Below, piece after piece: positions 1 through 13,660 of a stretch of DNA of 64,000 nt. Made by a program: the position numbers and the translations under genes. How positions within the stretch are numbered: the stretch's first letter is position 1; every line of letters begins with the position of its first letter. Under the pieces are notes generated by a model that saw nothing but the letters and a program-made list of their open reading frames with translations, had not been told where the DNA came from and did no database searches. Source of the stretch: Torpedo marmorata (lineage: Eukaryota); the NCBI GenBank assembly GCA_977017645.1, contig OZ360223.1, positions 139,190,001-139,254,000 of the forward strand. Direction: 5' to 3'.

Positions 1-3000
1 GGGCATCATGATTTTACAGTCGTGATATTTGTTGGTTCACAAATATAAAAGCACCGATATAGTCACTATTTGAATCTGATGGTATGTGATTTCATATCGT
101 GATTTTACTTCCAGTTGGAAGGAGGGAGAATAGGGAGTGGTTAGTGCAGGATGAGTCACTTAATATGTTGGCTTGTTTACTGAGGCACCAGGATTTGTAG
201 ATGGAGTTGATGGCAGGGAAGGAGCTGCGATCAAAGCTTTTTGCAGCATCTTTTGATCCAAGGTGGAGCAGGGAGTACGTTCCTTACTTGTGCATCATGA
301 CAGGAATTTTGCAATGGTGCGTTTGTAGAATTTGTTCAGGGCACAGCGTTCATGTGAATATTTCGCAGGCGCCTGAAGAAGTAGAGAAATTGGTGCATTT
401 TCTTGGTCATCGCATCCAGCACTCCAGGACCATCAGAGGAGGAAACTGAGCCGGCAGTAATCAGCAAACATTGGAGTAGGCAACGTGGCCAGGACCACGT
501 CAAAGAAATCGAAGAAGGCAAGTGGCCCAGGACAAAGCTGGGATCATTGATGGATTCAAGATACGCAAGATCCAGCCGGGATCAAGGTAACAAGAAACTA
601 ACCAGCAACTTTCACAGACTTCAGGGGAGCCAGGAAGCAGATGGGAGGATCGGAGATGAAAATGGTCCATGCCAGGACCATTCAGGGAGAGAAGAATGCC
701 AAGGCAGACCTTGGATCATTGTTGGAGAATGATAACCAGCATCATTGGAAGAGGAAAGGGGGGCATGACCGAGCTGGGAGAATCATCGCCAGCAAAGCAG
801 CTCCAGTTCCTGTTCACATTAATTGTTGTATTTATTGAGTTAGAGTAAAAATATTTATTCTGTGTGCTATACAGCAAGTCAACTCGTGCACGAGTACAAC
901 CAATAAAACAGAGTAGTGTGTGCACAAATGGAGAGAGAGAATATTTAGACAGGAGCACGGGCAACGTGATTTTATCATTGTAATGGTCGGTCATGTGTAT
1001 TATTTTCAAATAGTGACTGTTGTGAATCTGATGGTGTGTGACATCAAATTGATTCTTACTGACAGAAGAGGGGAGCAGGGGGAGTCCCTGGGGTGGAATG
1101 AATCATTCAACACATTGGCAGTTTTCCGGGATGTTTACATGGAGTCGATGGAGGGGAAGGAACTTTGTGTGATGGTCCAATCTGCATTCAATGCCTTCTA
1201 CAGTTCCTTGTCGACCAAAGCAGAGCAGTTCTCATGACACGCAATGATGCATCTTCAAAGGATTTTTGATTGGTGCATCTGTAAAGGTTGTTGAGGGTGC
1301 AGTCTTCATGCTGAACTTACTCAGGCATTGAAGGAAGTAGAGAAGTTGTGGCACTTTCTTGGTGTTTTGTCAACTAATCCAAGACCATCAGAGGATGGAA
1401 TGTGTCCAGAAATACACCAAGGAGCTTCGGAGGAGGGAATGTATGTGGACAGAACAAATCAGGAGCTTTGGAGGAAGTAACATGGCCAGGATATTGCAGG
1501 CGAGCTAGGTCAACATGATTTAATCATGATGTTTGCTCATGAGAGTGACAGCAGTGATGTAGTCACTTTTGAATATCGAGGTGTGTAATTTCTGAAAGTG
1601 TATATTATTCCCGACTGAAGGAGGGTGACGAGAGAGTGACTGGGATGAATCATTTGAAACTTAGATAATTTTTCTGAGGCAGCGCGATGTGTAAATGGAG
1701 TTAATGGAGTGGAAGGAGCTTTGTGTGATGGTTGAAGCTGCATTCACTAATTTCTACAGTATCGCATTCTATGACTGAGCAGAATCCATGCCGCACTGTG
1801 ATACATTCTCACAGGTTTCTATTGATGGTACTTCTGTTAAAGTTGTGGAGGGAGCAGCGTTTCATTTGAACATTTGAGGACTGAGCGTAAGTTCATACAC
1901 TTTCGATGCTGTCGCATCAATACTGGTTCCATGTTGGATAAAGCAATGTGGCCAGGACCTATCAGAGTTGTCAGTGAGTCCAGGACAAATGTGGAGAATT
2001 GGAGGAAGCAATGTGCCAGAACAAATTGGGGACAAGATGAGGAGGAAGGATGGCTCAAATTCAATTTAATTGTCACAAGTACTGAGGTGGAGTGAAAGTG
2101 TCTAATTTGCAAGTGATGTGCTTGATTTCACAATTGTGAATCTTCATTTCAAAGGAAGGAGGGAGAAAGGAATGCGGTCACGGTGGGATGAGTTCTTTGA
2201 GAGGTTGGCTGTTATTTCACGACTGTGGGATGTGTAAATGGTGGGGAAGCAATTTGGTGTGGTCACTTAATATCTTGTTTGTTTTACTGAGGCACTTGGG
2301 TGTGCAGGCACAGTCGATGGCAGGGAACGAGGCTTGTGTGAAGGTCTGACCTGCGTTTAAAGCTTTCTGCAGCATTTTGTAATCCAAGGTGGAGGAGGGA
2401 CTGTGGTACTGACTGTGCATCCTGACGGGATTCTTTCCATGGTGTATTTGTAGAATTTGATCAGTGCACTGCTTTCATGCAAGGTTTTCTCAGGTGTAAG
2501 TGGAAGTACAGGAATTAGAGTGCTTTCCTGGTCAACACCTCAAGCACTCCAGGACCATCAGAGGAGGAAATCGGGCTGGCAGTAATCATGAGGCAAGGCA
2601 GGAGAGGACCAAGCCGAAACCATCGATGGAGGCAAGGTAAAATGAAACAGCAACTTTCACAGATATACGGGGAGCCAGGAATCAGATGGGATCATCGGAG
2701 AAGGGAAACTCGTCAAGACCAAGTCAGGACCATTAGAGAGAGAAGGATGCCAAGACCGACCATGGATGCTCGGTGTAGTAATGATAGCCAGAGTCATTTG
2801 AGGAGGTAAGGTGGACATGACCGAGCTGGGAGAATCATCGCAGACAAAGCAGTTCCTGTTCACATTAATTGTTGTATTTCTCGTGGTAGAATAAAAATAT
2901 TCTGTGTGCTATCCAGCAAGTCAACACATTCATGCATACCACCAATAAAACACAGGTGAAAGTGCAGAAATAGAGAGAGATCATTAGACTGGAGCACGGT

Positions 3001-6000
3001 CAACGTGATCATATCATTGTGATGGTCGGTCACGTGTTTAATACTTTGTAACAGTCACTGTTTTGAATCTGATGGTGAGTGACTTCAAATTGTGATTGTT
3101 TCTGACAGAAGAGGGGTGAATGGGTAGTTGCTGGGGTGGAATGAATCATTCAACACATTTCTGAGATGTGTACATGGATTTGATGGAGAGGAAGGAACTT
3201 TGTTTGATGGTCCAATCTGCATTTGATGCCTTCTACAGATTCTGAGGTCAAAAGCAGAGCAGTTCTCATGACAATCGAGGATGATTCTTCACAGGATTTT
3301 TGATGGGTGCATCTGTAAAAGTTGTTGAGGGTGCACTTACTGATGCTGAACTTACTCAGGCATTGGAGGAAGTAAAAGAGCTGTGGCACTTTCTTGCTGC
3401 TGTGTCAACTGATCCAAGACTATTAGAGGAGGGAATGTGTCCAGAAATACACCAAGGAGCTTCGGAGGATGGATTATATGTGGTCAGAATAAATCAGGAG
3501 CTTTGGAGGAAATACCATGACCAGGACATGGCGGGGGAGCAAGGTCAACATGATTTACCTTTGTAATGGTCATTCATGAGTGTGACAGCAGTGATGTTGT
3601 CACTTTTGAATCAAGAAGTGCGTAATTTCTGAAATGTGAATAGGCAAAAAGAGAGTAACTGGGATGGGATGAATCATTTAAATCATTGATCATTTTACTG
3701 AGGCAGCAGGATGTGTAAATGGAGTGGATGGAGTGGAAGGAGCTTAGTGTGATGGTTGAAGCTATGTTCAAACCTTTCTGCAGAATCTAATTTTCTATGA
3801 CTGAGCAGATCCCGTGCTGCACTATGATGAATTCTAACAGGATTCATGGTTTCATTTGGACACTTGAGGACTGAGTGGAAGTTCATGCGCTTTGTATGCT
3901 GTCGCATCAATATTCTTTCCACATTGGAGAAGGGAATGTGGCCAGGACCTATCAGAGGAGTCAATGTGTCCAGGACATGTATGGAGAATCGGAAGAAGTC
4001 ATGTGCCAGGACAAATTGGGGACAAGCTGAGGAGGAAAGATGGCTCGAATTCAATTTAATTGTCATGAATACTGAGGTAGCGTGAAAGTGTTTAATTTGC
4101 AAGTGATGTGCTTGATTTCACAATTGTGAATCTTCATTTCAAAGGAAGGAGGGAGAAAAGAATGTGCTAACGGTGGGATGAGTTCTTCGGTACGTTGGCT
4201 GTTATTTCGAGGCTGTGTGGATGGTGGGGAAGCAGTTTTGTGTGGAGGTTGAGTTGCATTCACCACATTCTCTAGTTTATTGCAGTCTTGGGCAGCACAT
4301 TTCCCATACCATTCAGTGATGCATCTGTAAAGGATGTTGAGGGTCATGCGAATTTGGTCCAGCATCTGAGGAAGTAGAATTGTTTGTGTACATTCTTGAC
4401 TAGCATCAACCGAACTAGGACCATTAGAAGGAGGTGAAATCCTGGACCTTTGGTGCAGGCAACTTTGTACGGTCCAATTGTGGATAATTGGAGGGGTCAA
4501 TCTATCCAGGGTCAGTCAGAACCCTCGGAGGAGGTAACGAGGCCAGGACAAACCCAGATGATCGGAGGATGCAAAACCGGAACCATCAATGCATGCATGC
4601 TTGCCTGAACTGAGCTATGAAAATCGAAGGAGGGAAAGGAGGTCGAATTGATGTTTGCATTTGTTATGCTTTTTGAGGTACAGTGAAAATTGTAGGCTTT
4701 TATGCTTTCCAGCATGACAATCCATACATACATACTGCAAATAAAAGACACAACAGAGTGCAGAGTTATTGAGCGCAATCAGTGAGAATGGAGCAAGGGC
4801 ATCATGATTTCACTGTTGTGATGTTTGTTTGTGTGTTGACAAGAATAACAGCACTGATATATTCATAGTTTTGAATCTGATGATGCATGATTTTGAATCG
4901 CGATTTTTCTTTCTGATGGAAGTAAGAAGAATAGGGAGTGGTCAGGGTGGGATGATTCACTTAATATGTTGTCTGTTTTACTGAGGTATCAGGATGTGTA
5001 GAGAGAGTGGATGACACGGAAGGAGACGTGTGAAGGTCTGAGCTGCGATTAAAGCTTTCTGCAGCATCTTGTTGTTCAACGTGGAGCAGGGACTGTTTAA
5101 CTGACTGTGTAACCTGATAGGTTTCTTTCAATGGTGCATTTGTAGAATTTGTTCAGAGCACAGTGTTCATGCAGTTTTCTCAGGCGTGTGTGCAAGTATG
5201 AGAATTGGAGGGCTTTCGTAGTCATCATATCAAGCACTTCAGGCCCATCAGAGGAGGAAACCGGGCCGGCAATAATCAGGAAACATTGCAGTAGGCAACG
5301 TGGCCAGGACCAAGTCCAACACATCAATGGAAGCAAGGGGCCCAGGACCAAGCAGGTCCTTCGATGCAGGCAAAATGGGAACCATCAGCAGAGGCAAGGT
5401 GGGACAGATCCCGGCCGGGACCATCGATGGAGACAAGGCGGGTAGGACCCAGCTGGGTCCATCAACAGAGGCAAATCGGGACAGGACCCAGCTGGGACTA
5501 TCAGCAGAGGCAAAGCGGGACAGGACCCAGCTGGGTCCATCAACAGAGACAAGGTGGGACAGATCCTGGCCGGGACCATCGATGGAGGCAAGGCGGGTCA
5601 GGACCCAGCTGGGTCCATCAACAGAGGCAAATCGGGACAGGACTGAGCTGGGATCATCGGCAGAGGCAAAGCGGGTCGGACCCAGCTGGGTCCATCGACA
5701 GAAGCAAGGTGGGACTGGACTCAGCCGGGATCATCGATGGAGGCAAGTGGCCCAGGACCGTGATGGGACCATCGACGGACTCAAGGTGTGCACGACCGAG
5801 CTGGGACCACCTGCGGAGGCAAGGTAAGAAGAAACTAAACAGCAAATTTCACAGACATGAGGGGAGCCAAGAACCAGATGGGAGCATTGGAGAAGGGAAA
5901 GTGGTCATGACCAAGTCATTGAGAGAGAGAAGGAAGCCAAGACAGACCACAGATCGTTAGTGTAGTAATGATAGCTAGCAGCATTGGAGGAGGTAAGGTG

Positions 6001-6800
6001 GGCATGACTGAGCTGGGAGAATCATCGCGGCAAAGCAGCTCCAGTTCCTGTTCATATTAAATGTTGTATTTCTCGAAGTAGAGTAAAAATATTTATTCTG
6101 TGTGCTATCCCACAAGCCAACATACATGAACACAACCAATAAAAGACATTAGAAAGGGCAGGAATAGAGAGAGATAATTTAGACTGGAGAATGGGCAACG
6201 TGATTATATCATTGTGATGGTCGGTCACGTGTCTAATAGTTTCAAATAGTGACTGTTTTGAATCTGATGGTGTGTGATTTCAAATTGATTCTTACTGACA
6301 GAAGAGGGGAGTACGGAGAGTCACTGGGGTGGAATGAATAATTCAACACGTTGTCATTTTTCTGGGATGTGTACATGGAGTTGATGGAGGGGAAGGAACT
6401 TTGTGTGATGGTCCGCTCTGAATTTGATGCCCTCTACAGTTCCTTGTCATCCAAAGCAGAGCAGTTCTCATGACACGCAATGATGCATCTTCAAAGGATT
6501 TTTGATTGGTGCATCTGTAAAAGTTGTTGAAGATGCAGTCTTCATGCTGAACTTACTCAGGCATTGGAGGAACCAGAGGAGTTGTGGCACGTTCTTGCTG
6601 TTGTGTCAACTAATCTGGGACCATTGGAGGAGGGAATGTGTCCAGGAACACACTGAGGAGCTTCGTAGGAGGGAATGTATGTGGTCAGAACAAATCAGGA
6701 GCTTCAGAGGAAACAACACGACCAGGACACGACGGGGGAGCATGGTCAACATGATTTACTGTTGTGATGTTCGTTCATGAGAGTGACAGCAGTGATGTAG
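1..6800 (-). repeat. Degenerate tandem array of Rex/Babar-like LINE 3'-end fragments (~0.5-1 kb modules) alternating with satellite-like monomers
   Basis: A module (GTCAC..TTTGAATCTGATGG; GGGTGGAATGAATCATT; GATGTGTA.ATGGAGT.GATGG; TGAGGAAGTAGAG) recurs about 9 times. Minus-strand translations such as KKMHQFLYFFRRLRNI (ORF 336..521) and TKALQFSYLHTRLRKL (5097..5351) match the KKAQQRLYFLRRL C-terminal LINE motif. Boundaries approximate. Confidence 0.65.
5380..5825 (+). repeat. 39-bp minisatellite (ATCAACAGAGGCAAATCGGGACAGGACCCAGCTGGGTCC-like)
   Basis: Monomer starts at 5461, 5500, 5539; 13-aa periodic ORFs (RDRTQLGPSTEAN). Confidence 0.85.
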
Positions 6801-6805
6801 TCACT

Positions 6806-7651
6806 TTGAATCTGGAATTTCCACAGGCCTCTGAGGAAGTAGAGGCGTTGTTGCACTTTCCAGGACCATTGGAGGAGACAATGTGTCCTTGAACATGCTG
6901 GCGGAGCTTAAATTTGCTCAGCCCCGCCATCTCTGATCCCCCAATGATCACTGGATCGTACACCTCTGGTTTCCCTCCTGTATGCTGACTCATCGCCCCT
7001 TTTTATACAAACTACTACCGTGGTAGCATCAGCGAACTTGTAGATGGTGTTGCTGTTGCACCGAGCCACACAGTTGTAGGTGTAAAGTGAGTAGAGCAGG
7101 GGGCTAAGAACACAGCCCTGTGGTGCTCCGGTACTGATGGAGATTGTGGAGGAGATGTTCTTAGCAATACTTACTGATTGTGCTCTGGAGGTGAGGAAAT
7201 CCAGGATCGAATTACACAATGGGGTGTTGAGTGCTTGACAGGACTGAGCTATGACAAGCACTCTTGGAGTCTTGCAGTTTGCTGATCAATTTTGAGGGTA
7301 TGATGGTGTTAAATCCTGAACTGTTGTCGATAAAGAGCATCCTGCTGTATGCATCTTTACTGTCCAGGTGTTCCATGGTAGAGCCAGTGAGATGGCATCC
7401 GCCGTAGACCTGTTTCTACGATGGGTGAATTGGAACGGATCCATGTCGCTGCTCAGACAGGAGCTGATATACTTCAACACCAGCCTTTTGAAACACTTCA
7501 TCTCTATTGATATAAGTGCCACGAGTCGATAGTGGCAGGTTACCCACACTCTTCTTGGACACCGATACGATAGACACCTGTTTGAAACAGGTGGATACCA
7601 CGCCCTGCCAGAGTGAGATGTTGAAGATATTTGTGAATACATTGGTAAGTT
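6806..7651 (-). mobile_element. Rex/Babar-like LINE reverse transcriptase fragment (frameshifted, internally deleted)
   Basis: [61 protein letters not shown] motifs in ORFs 7286..7657 and 6908..7261. Confidence 0.85.
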
Positions 7652-8949
7652 GAACATAGAACATTACAGCACAGTACAGGCCCTTCAGCCCACAGTCAGG
7701 GGACACAATCAGGTTCATGCCGAGTGTGCATCTGAAGAGGCAATGTGTCCAGTAACAAGCCAAGTGTACAGGAGGAGGCAATGTGTCCAAGACCTAGCCT
7801 GTTCCATTGGAGAAATTAATGGAGCCGGGATCTTCAGTGAGACCATTGGAGGAGACCAGAATAATCAGAAGAGGCAATGGAATCTTGATTTGTTCTGACA
7901 ATTGGAAGAATCAATATGGCCAGGACCAATGGAAGAGGCAAGGCCATAATCAGGCCCTTTGAGAAGATTCTGTGGCCAGGACTACGTGAGAGTAACAATG
8001 GGTAATGCACTGCTGCCAGGAACAAGCAGAGGAACACCTGAGTGGCCAATGTGGCTAGGGTAGTATTTTATGAGCAATTTGTACAGATGAAGTTGAAATA
8101 CCGGAGGAGGCAATGTGGCAAGAGCCAAGCCTGGGTCACTAGAGGAGACGATGTGGACTGGTCCAAACCAGGCCAGTCTGAGGATGGCCAAGGTGGAATG
8201 AGTCCTTGAATAAATTTTGAGGTAGCGTGATGTTTAGATCGTCAATGGAGGGAAGAGATATTTGGGTGATATTCTCAGCAGCATTCACCATTTACTGCAG
8301 TTTCTAGCATGGAACAGTTCCTGGACAGGCATTGATGCATCCACAGAAGATGCATCCAATGGTGCATCTTTAAAAAATTTGTTGAGGCATGCAGTGTCAT
8401 GCTCAGGTGTATGAGGAAATAGGCGAGTTTGTGTGCATTCTCATCTGCCACAACATTCAAACCAGGTTCATAGGAGGAGGGAATGTGACCAGTCGAATCA
8501 CGGACGATCAGAGAGGCAAATGTGATCAGGATCGATCTGGGACAAGCTGAAAGGGAAGATGGCTCAAGATCAATTTTATAATAAAATGTACCAGGGTACT
8601 GTGAAATATTTGATATGCATGCTATCTAGCAAGACAAAACATGTATGTGTACAGCAAATAAAACATTGTGCAAAGTGCAGAGCTACAGATAGAATGGAGC
8701 AAGTGCAATGCTATTTTACTATTGTGAGTTCTGTTCAGTGGTGTGATATCAATATTATTGTAACTGTTCAGAATTTGGTGTCGCATGACTTCACCATCAT
8801 GGTTGTTCCTCCTGACTGTTTTCAAGGCAGCGGGATGTGTGGACGGAGTTGATGTGTAATCTGGGAAATTATAGGCCGGTGAGCTGGACATCAGTATATA
8901 ATTGGAAGATATTTCAAGATATGAGATATATAAGTATTTGGATGGACAG

Positions 8950-9745
8950 GGACTGGCTACTTTAGTAAGGCCTTTGACAAGGTCCTGCATCGTCGGTTGG
9001 TCAAGAAGGTTCAGTTGCTTTGCATTCAGGATGAGGATGTAAGTTGAATTAACATTGGCTTTGCAGGAGAACCCAGAGAATGGTATGAGAAGATTACCTC
9101 TCAGACTGGATGCCTCTGACGAGTGGTGTGCTTTGGGAATCTATGTTGGCTCTCTTGTTTGTCATCTATATCAAAGATATGGTTGATATGGTAAACTGGA
9201 TTTGCAAATATGCAGTTGACACTAAGATTGGGGGTGTAGTGGACAACAAGGAAAGCTTTCAAAGCTTATTGTCCTGGACCATTGGAAAAATTGGCTGAAA
9301 AATAACAGATGGAATTTAATACAGATACTGTATGTGTGAGGTTTTGCACTTGGACTTACACAGTAAACAGTAGAGCACTATGAAGTGCAGTAGAAAAAAA
9401 GGATCTTGGGTTATAGATGCGTAGATCTTTGAAAGTGGGTTGTAAAGAGAGATTTTGGCACATTGGCCTTCATCAGTCGAAGTATTAAGTACAGAGTGGG
9501 TGAGACAAGACAAGAGAGAATGAGTTGGGGGTGAAAGGTGAAATGTTTAAGGGGAACTTCAGTGGGAACCTCTTCACTCTTCACAGGGTGGTGAAAGTGT
9601 GGAATGAGTTGGAAGTGGTGCAAGTGGGTTTGATTTCAACATTTAGGAAAAAATTGGATAGGTACATGGATAGGAGAGTTATGGAGGGTGCAGGTCGATG
9701 GGACTAGGAAGAATAATAGTTTGTAACGGGAAAGATGGGTTGAAG
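8950..9745 (+). mobile_element. CR1-type LINE 3' fragment (degenerate)
   Basis: TTTAGTAAGGCCTTTGACAAGGTC (FSKAFDKV), LLFVIYIKD..CKYAVDTKIGG, RVVKVWNEL..FRKKLDRYM. Confidence 0.8.
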
Positions 9746-10379
9746 GTTTTATGAAATGTGTCCAGGAACAAGCTGAGATAAGTGAAGAGGTTATATGACC
9801 AGGACAACCCCAACATTCGGAGGAAGGAATGTGGTCAGGACCAAGCATGGGTCATCTGAGGAGGCAATGTGGACAGGACCGATATTGGAGGTTTGGAGGG
9901 GAAATGTGGCCAGGACCTATTGGAACCACAGCGAGTGGAAAGATGGACATGACCAATCCCTAACACTCGGGGGGAGTAACATGGTCAGAATAAACAAGGA
10001 CAATTGTTGGAAGCTATGTGGCCAGGACCAATCCAGAGCATTGGGGGAGGCAATGTGGCCAGGACGACACCAGGGGAACATTTAAATGAGGCAATGTTGG
10101 GCAGTACACATTGTTGTAGGATCTGTGCAGACGATGTGGTCAGGAGAATTGAAAGACGTTTATCACCAGGAAAACACAGAAAACAAGGGGAATTAATGTG
10201 GCTAGACCAATCTGGGTGAATAAGAATGAGGTAATGAGGAATGGAGCAATCTGGGATGATTGAAGGAGCCCATAAGGACTAGCGAGATCTGGGACCAATT
10301 GAGAAGGCCACAAAGAGTGATACAATGATGCAGGGCACAAAGACTTGACCAAACCGGAATGAAAGAATGAGGACAGGAA

Positions 10380-11330
10380 GACTGGATACATCTAGGAAGC
10401 ATGGAGGAGGCCACGAAGACTAGACCATTCTGGGAGCAATGGTGGTTGCCAAGAAGACTGGACCAATCTGGTACCAATGGAGGAGGCCAAGAGGACTGGG
10501 GTAATGGAGAAGTCCACAAAGACTGTTGCAATGGGTAAGGCCACTAATGCTCGGCTAATGGAGGAGGCCATGAAGACTGGGCCAATGGGAGAGGCCACAA
10601 AGACTGAACTAATGGAGGAGGTCATGAAGACTCCACCATCTGAGAGCAATGGAGGAGGCCAGGAAGACTGGACCAATCTGGGACCAACGGAGGTAGCCAC
10701 GCTGTCCGGATCAATCTGCGACCAATAGAGGATGCCACGAAGACTGGACCAATGGAGTAGGTCACAAAAACTATACCAATAGAGGAGACCAGGAAGACTG
10801 AACCAATGGTGGAGGGCACAAAGACGTAACGAATGGAGGAGGCCACGAAGACTCCACAAACCTGGGACCAATGGACGAGGCCAGGAAGACTGGTCCAATC
10901 TGGGACCAATGGAGGATGCGAGGGAGACTGGACCAATAGAGGAAGCCATGAAGACTGGAGCACTGGGGGGAGGCCACAAAGACCAGTAAGGAGAGAAATG
11001 GAGGAGGCCACAAAGTCTGCACCAAACTGGGACCAATCTAGGAGACCATGAAGATAAGACTAATCTGGGACCAATGGAAGAGGCCAGGAAGACTGGACCA
11101 ATGTTGGGACAATGGTGGAGGCCACAAAGGCTGGACCAATAGGGGAGGACATGAAGACTGACCCAATGGAGGAGGTTATGAAGACTCCACCAATCTGGGA
11201 CCAATGAAGGAGGCCAGGAAGACTGGACCAATCTGGAACCAATAGAGGAGGCCATGAAAACTAAACAATCTGTGAGCAATGGAAGAGGCAACAAAGACTG
11301 GACCAATCTGGGGCCAACGGAGGAAATCAC
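10380..11330 (+). repeat. 27/38-bp minisatellite (AAGACTGGACCAAT[CTGGGACCAAT]GGAGGAGGCCACG)
   Basis: Mixed short and long monomers in tandem; also at ~30585-31509. Confidence 0.8.
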
Positions 11331-12250
11331 TAGCCTCTTTCACACTGGCTAACCAGTAAATTGGCCGTTCAGTGTCCCGGTTAAGGAAGCTGTTTTTCCC
11401 GTTCACACTGGGCCAATGTTAACCGGGACACTGCGTCGTTTCACACTCACCTCAAGGCATCCCCGGGGACAGGGGAGTTTATTCTGCACCAGTGATGTCT
11501 GAGTGACGCATCGAGCGATGGTGGACCTGCCCTAAATCCTGATCATGTACAGCAGAGTATGAGCCCTTCAGCCCCTGTTGTTGTGCCGACCAATATAAAC
11601 CTTTATAAATTTATAAAGGACCATGGGAAAGCTGTAGCTTCAATAGCGGACAATTTATAAAGACCGTGGGAACAATAGTGCACAATTTATAAAGACCGTG
11701 GGAACAATAGCGCTCAATTTATAAAGACCGTGGGAACAATAGCGCACAATTTATAAAGATCGTGGGAAAGAGCGAAAGCGGACCTGCCCTCCCAGAATTC
11801 CGTGCGGCAGAGAAAGAGCTGTATGCACAGAGAACTCATGGAGGGGTTTCTCTGCCGTACGGAATTCTGGGAGGCCACGTTCTCCATCCCTTTCTCTCTC
11901 TCTCTCTCCCGCTGCGACTTTCCCACGGTTCTTTAGAAATTTATAAAGGTTTATGTAGGTCAGCAAAGTTTATACCTTTTTAATCTTTTGTTTCCTTCAC
12001 GTTCCTGCACTCATGCAAAAACGTCATCAAAGCTTCACTACTTTGTCCCTGTATAGTAAGTGTCCCTTTCACACTGGACTAATCGGCACGCAGGCATCAG
12101 TTGACGCCGGGGGTGAGAGTAGGGGCCAAGACCGTCAATACCCGGCGTGATTTGACGCCGGCGTGCCGATTAAATCGCTTTCACACTGGACCCTTAACCG
12201 GTAAATTGGTCGTCAATTACTTGGACAAGGTGCCAGTGTGAAAGGGGCTA
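11331..12250. mobile_element. Non-autonomous DNA transposon (MITE), PIF/Harbinger-like terminal inverted repeats
   Basis: TAGCCTCTTTCACACTGGC ... GCCAGTGTGAAAGGGGCTA (18/19 inverted match); subterminal TTCACACT(GG) repeats; no transposase; empty paralogous site at ~13671-13700. Superfamily is inferred and the TSD is not clean. Confidence 0.8.
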
Positions 12251-13134
12251 TTAAGTCGGGACCAATCTGCGACAAATATAGGACGCCATAATGATTGTGG
12301 TCAGGAGGACTGAAACAATGGAGGGAAACAACAAAACAGGATCACACCGGGAAAAGTTTGGACACTGCACTTCAAATATTTTGACGGGACCAATCTGAAC
12401 CATTGGAGGAAAATACGTAACCAGGACCATCCATACACCTTCAGACCTTGTTGGGAGCATTGGATGAGCCACTGTGGTCAAGGCATTTCCAGGAGAGTAT
12501 CTGAGGAGTAAACATGTACAGGGCCAAGCCTGGAGTGTCAGATTTAGCAATGTGGCCAGTGCCAAGGATAACATAGTAGTAATAAAGCCAAGACTAACAC
12601 AGACAAACAGATGAGGCTCTCAGCATTAGAGCAGGCAATGTGACCAGTAACTGTCAGAACTCGAGCAAGAGGAAATGTTGCCAAGATGACACCACAGGAG
12701 CATCTGTGAAGGTAACGTGTTCAGAATCAAGCTTGGCCCATGGGGGTTGGCATTGTGGCCAGAACCAAATGAGGAGATACCATGGACAGGACCATGCCAA
12801 GGGATCACTTGAGGAGGCAATGTTGATAGACACAAGCCAGGAACATTGAAGGAAGAAAGTGGCAGGGACAAACATGGACAAACAGAGGAAGCTGTGTGTA
12901 CAGGATGAATGAGGGACTATTGAGGAAGTAATGAAGACCGTACCAATCACGTTCCAATGGAGGAGGCAATGTGGCCAGGACCACAACAGCATGGCATCTG
13001 AGTACTGTGTATTGGAACAAGCTGGGAAATGTGAAGAGGCATCGTGACCAGGAGAAACCCAGAAAATCAGAGGAAGTAAGTAAACAAGACCAGTCCGAAA
13101 CCATTGAAGGAGACAATGTGGCCAGAACCCATCC

Positions 13135-13660
13135 AGGAGGATGCAATGTGGCAGGGCCAATCACGGAACATTGGAGGATGCAATGTGCCAGGGCCAATCA
13201 CGGAACATTGGAGGATGGAATGTGCCAGGACCAATCATGGACCATTGAACGATGCAATGTGCCAGGACCAATTACGGACCATTGGAGGATGCAATGTGGC
13301 AGGACCAATCACAGACCATTGGAGTATAGAATATGCCAGGACCAATCATGGACCATTGAATGATGCAATATGCCAGGACCAATCATGGACCATTGGAGGA
13401 TGCAATGCGCCAGGATCAATCATGGACCATTGAAGAATGCATTGTGCCAGGATCAATCACGGACCATTGAAGAATGCAATGTGCCAGGATCAATCACGGA
13501 CAATTGGATAATGCAATGTGCCAGGATCAATCATGGACCATTGGAGGATGCAATGTGCCAGGATCAATCATGGACCATTGAAGGATGTAATGTGCCAGGA
13601 CCAATCATGGACTATTGAAGGATGCAATGTGCCATGACTAATCATGGACCATTGGGGTTA
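13135..13660 (+). repeat. 37-bp satellite, short block
   Basis: GGACCATTGGAGGATGCAATGTGCCAGGACCAATCAT monomers; duplicate at ~33265-33780. Confidence 0.9.

Noticed and set aside
5300-5960. 175- and 198-aa repetitive ORFs
   Set aside because: In-frame 39-bp repeat open in several frames; no independent sign of coding.
10392-11330. 312-aa minus-strand ORF
   Set aside because: Product of the 27/38-bp minisatellite; shorter in copy 2 and no recognisable domain.
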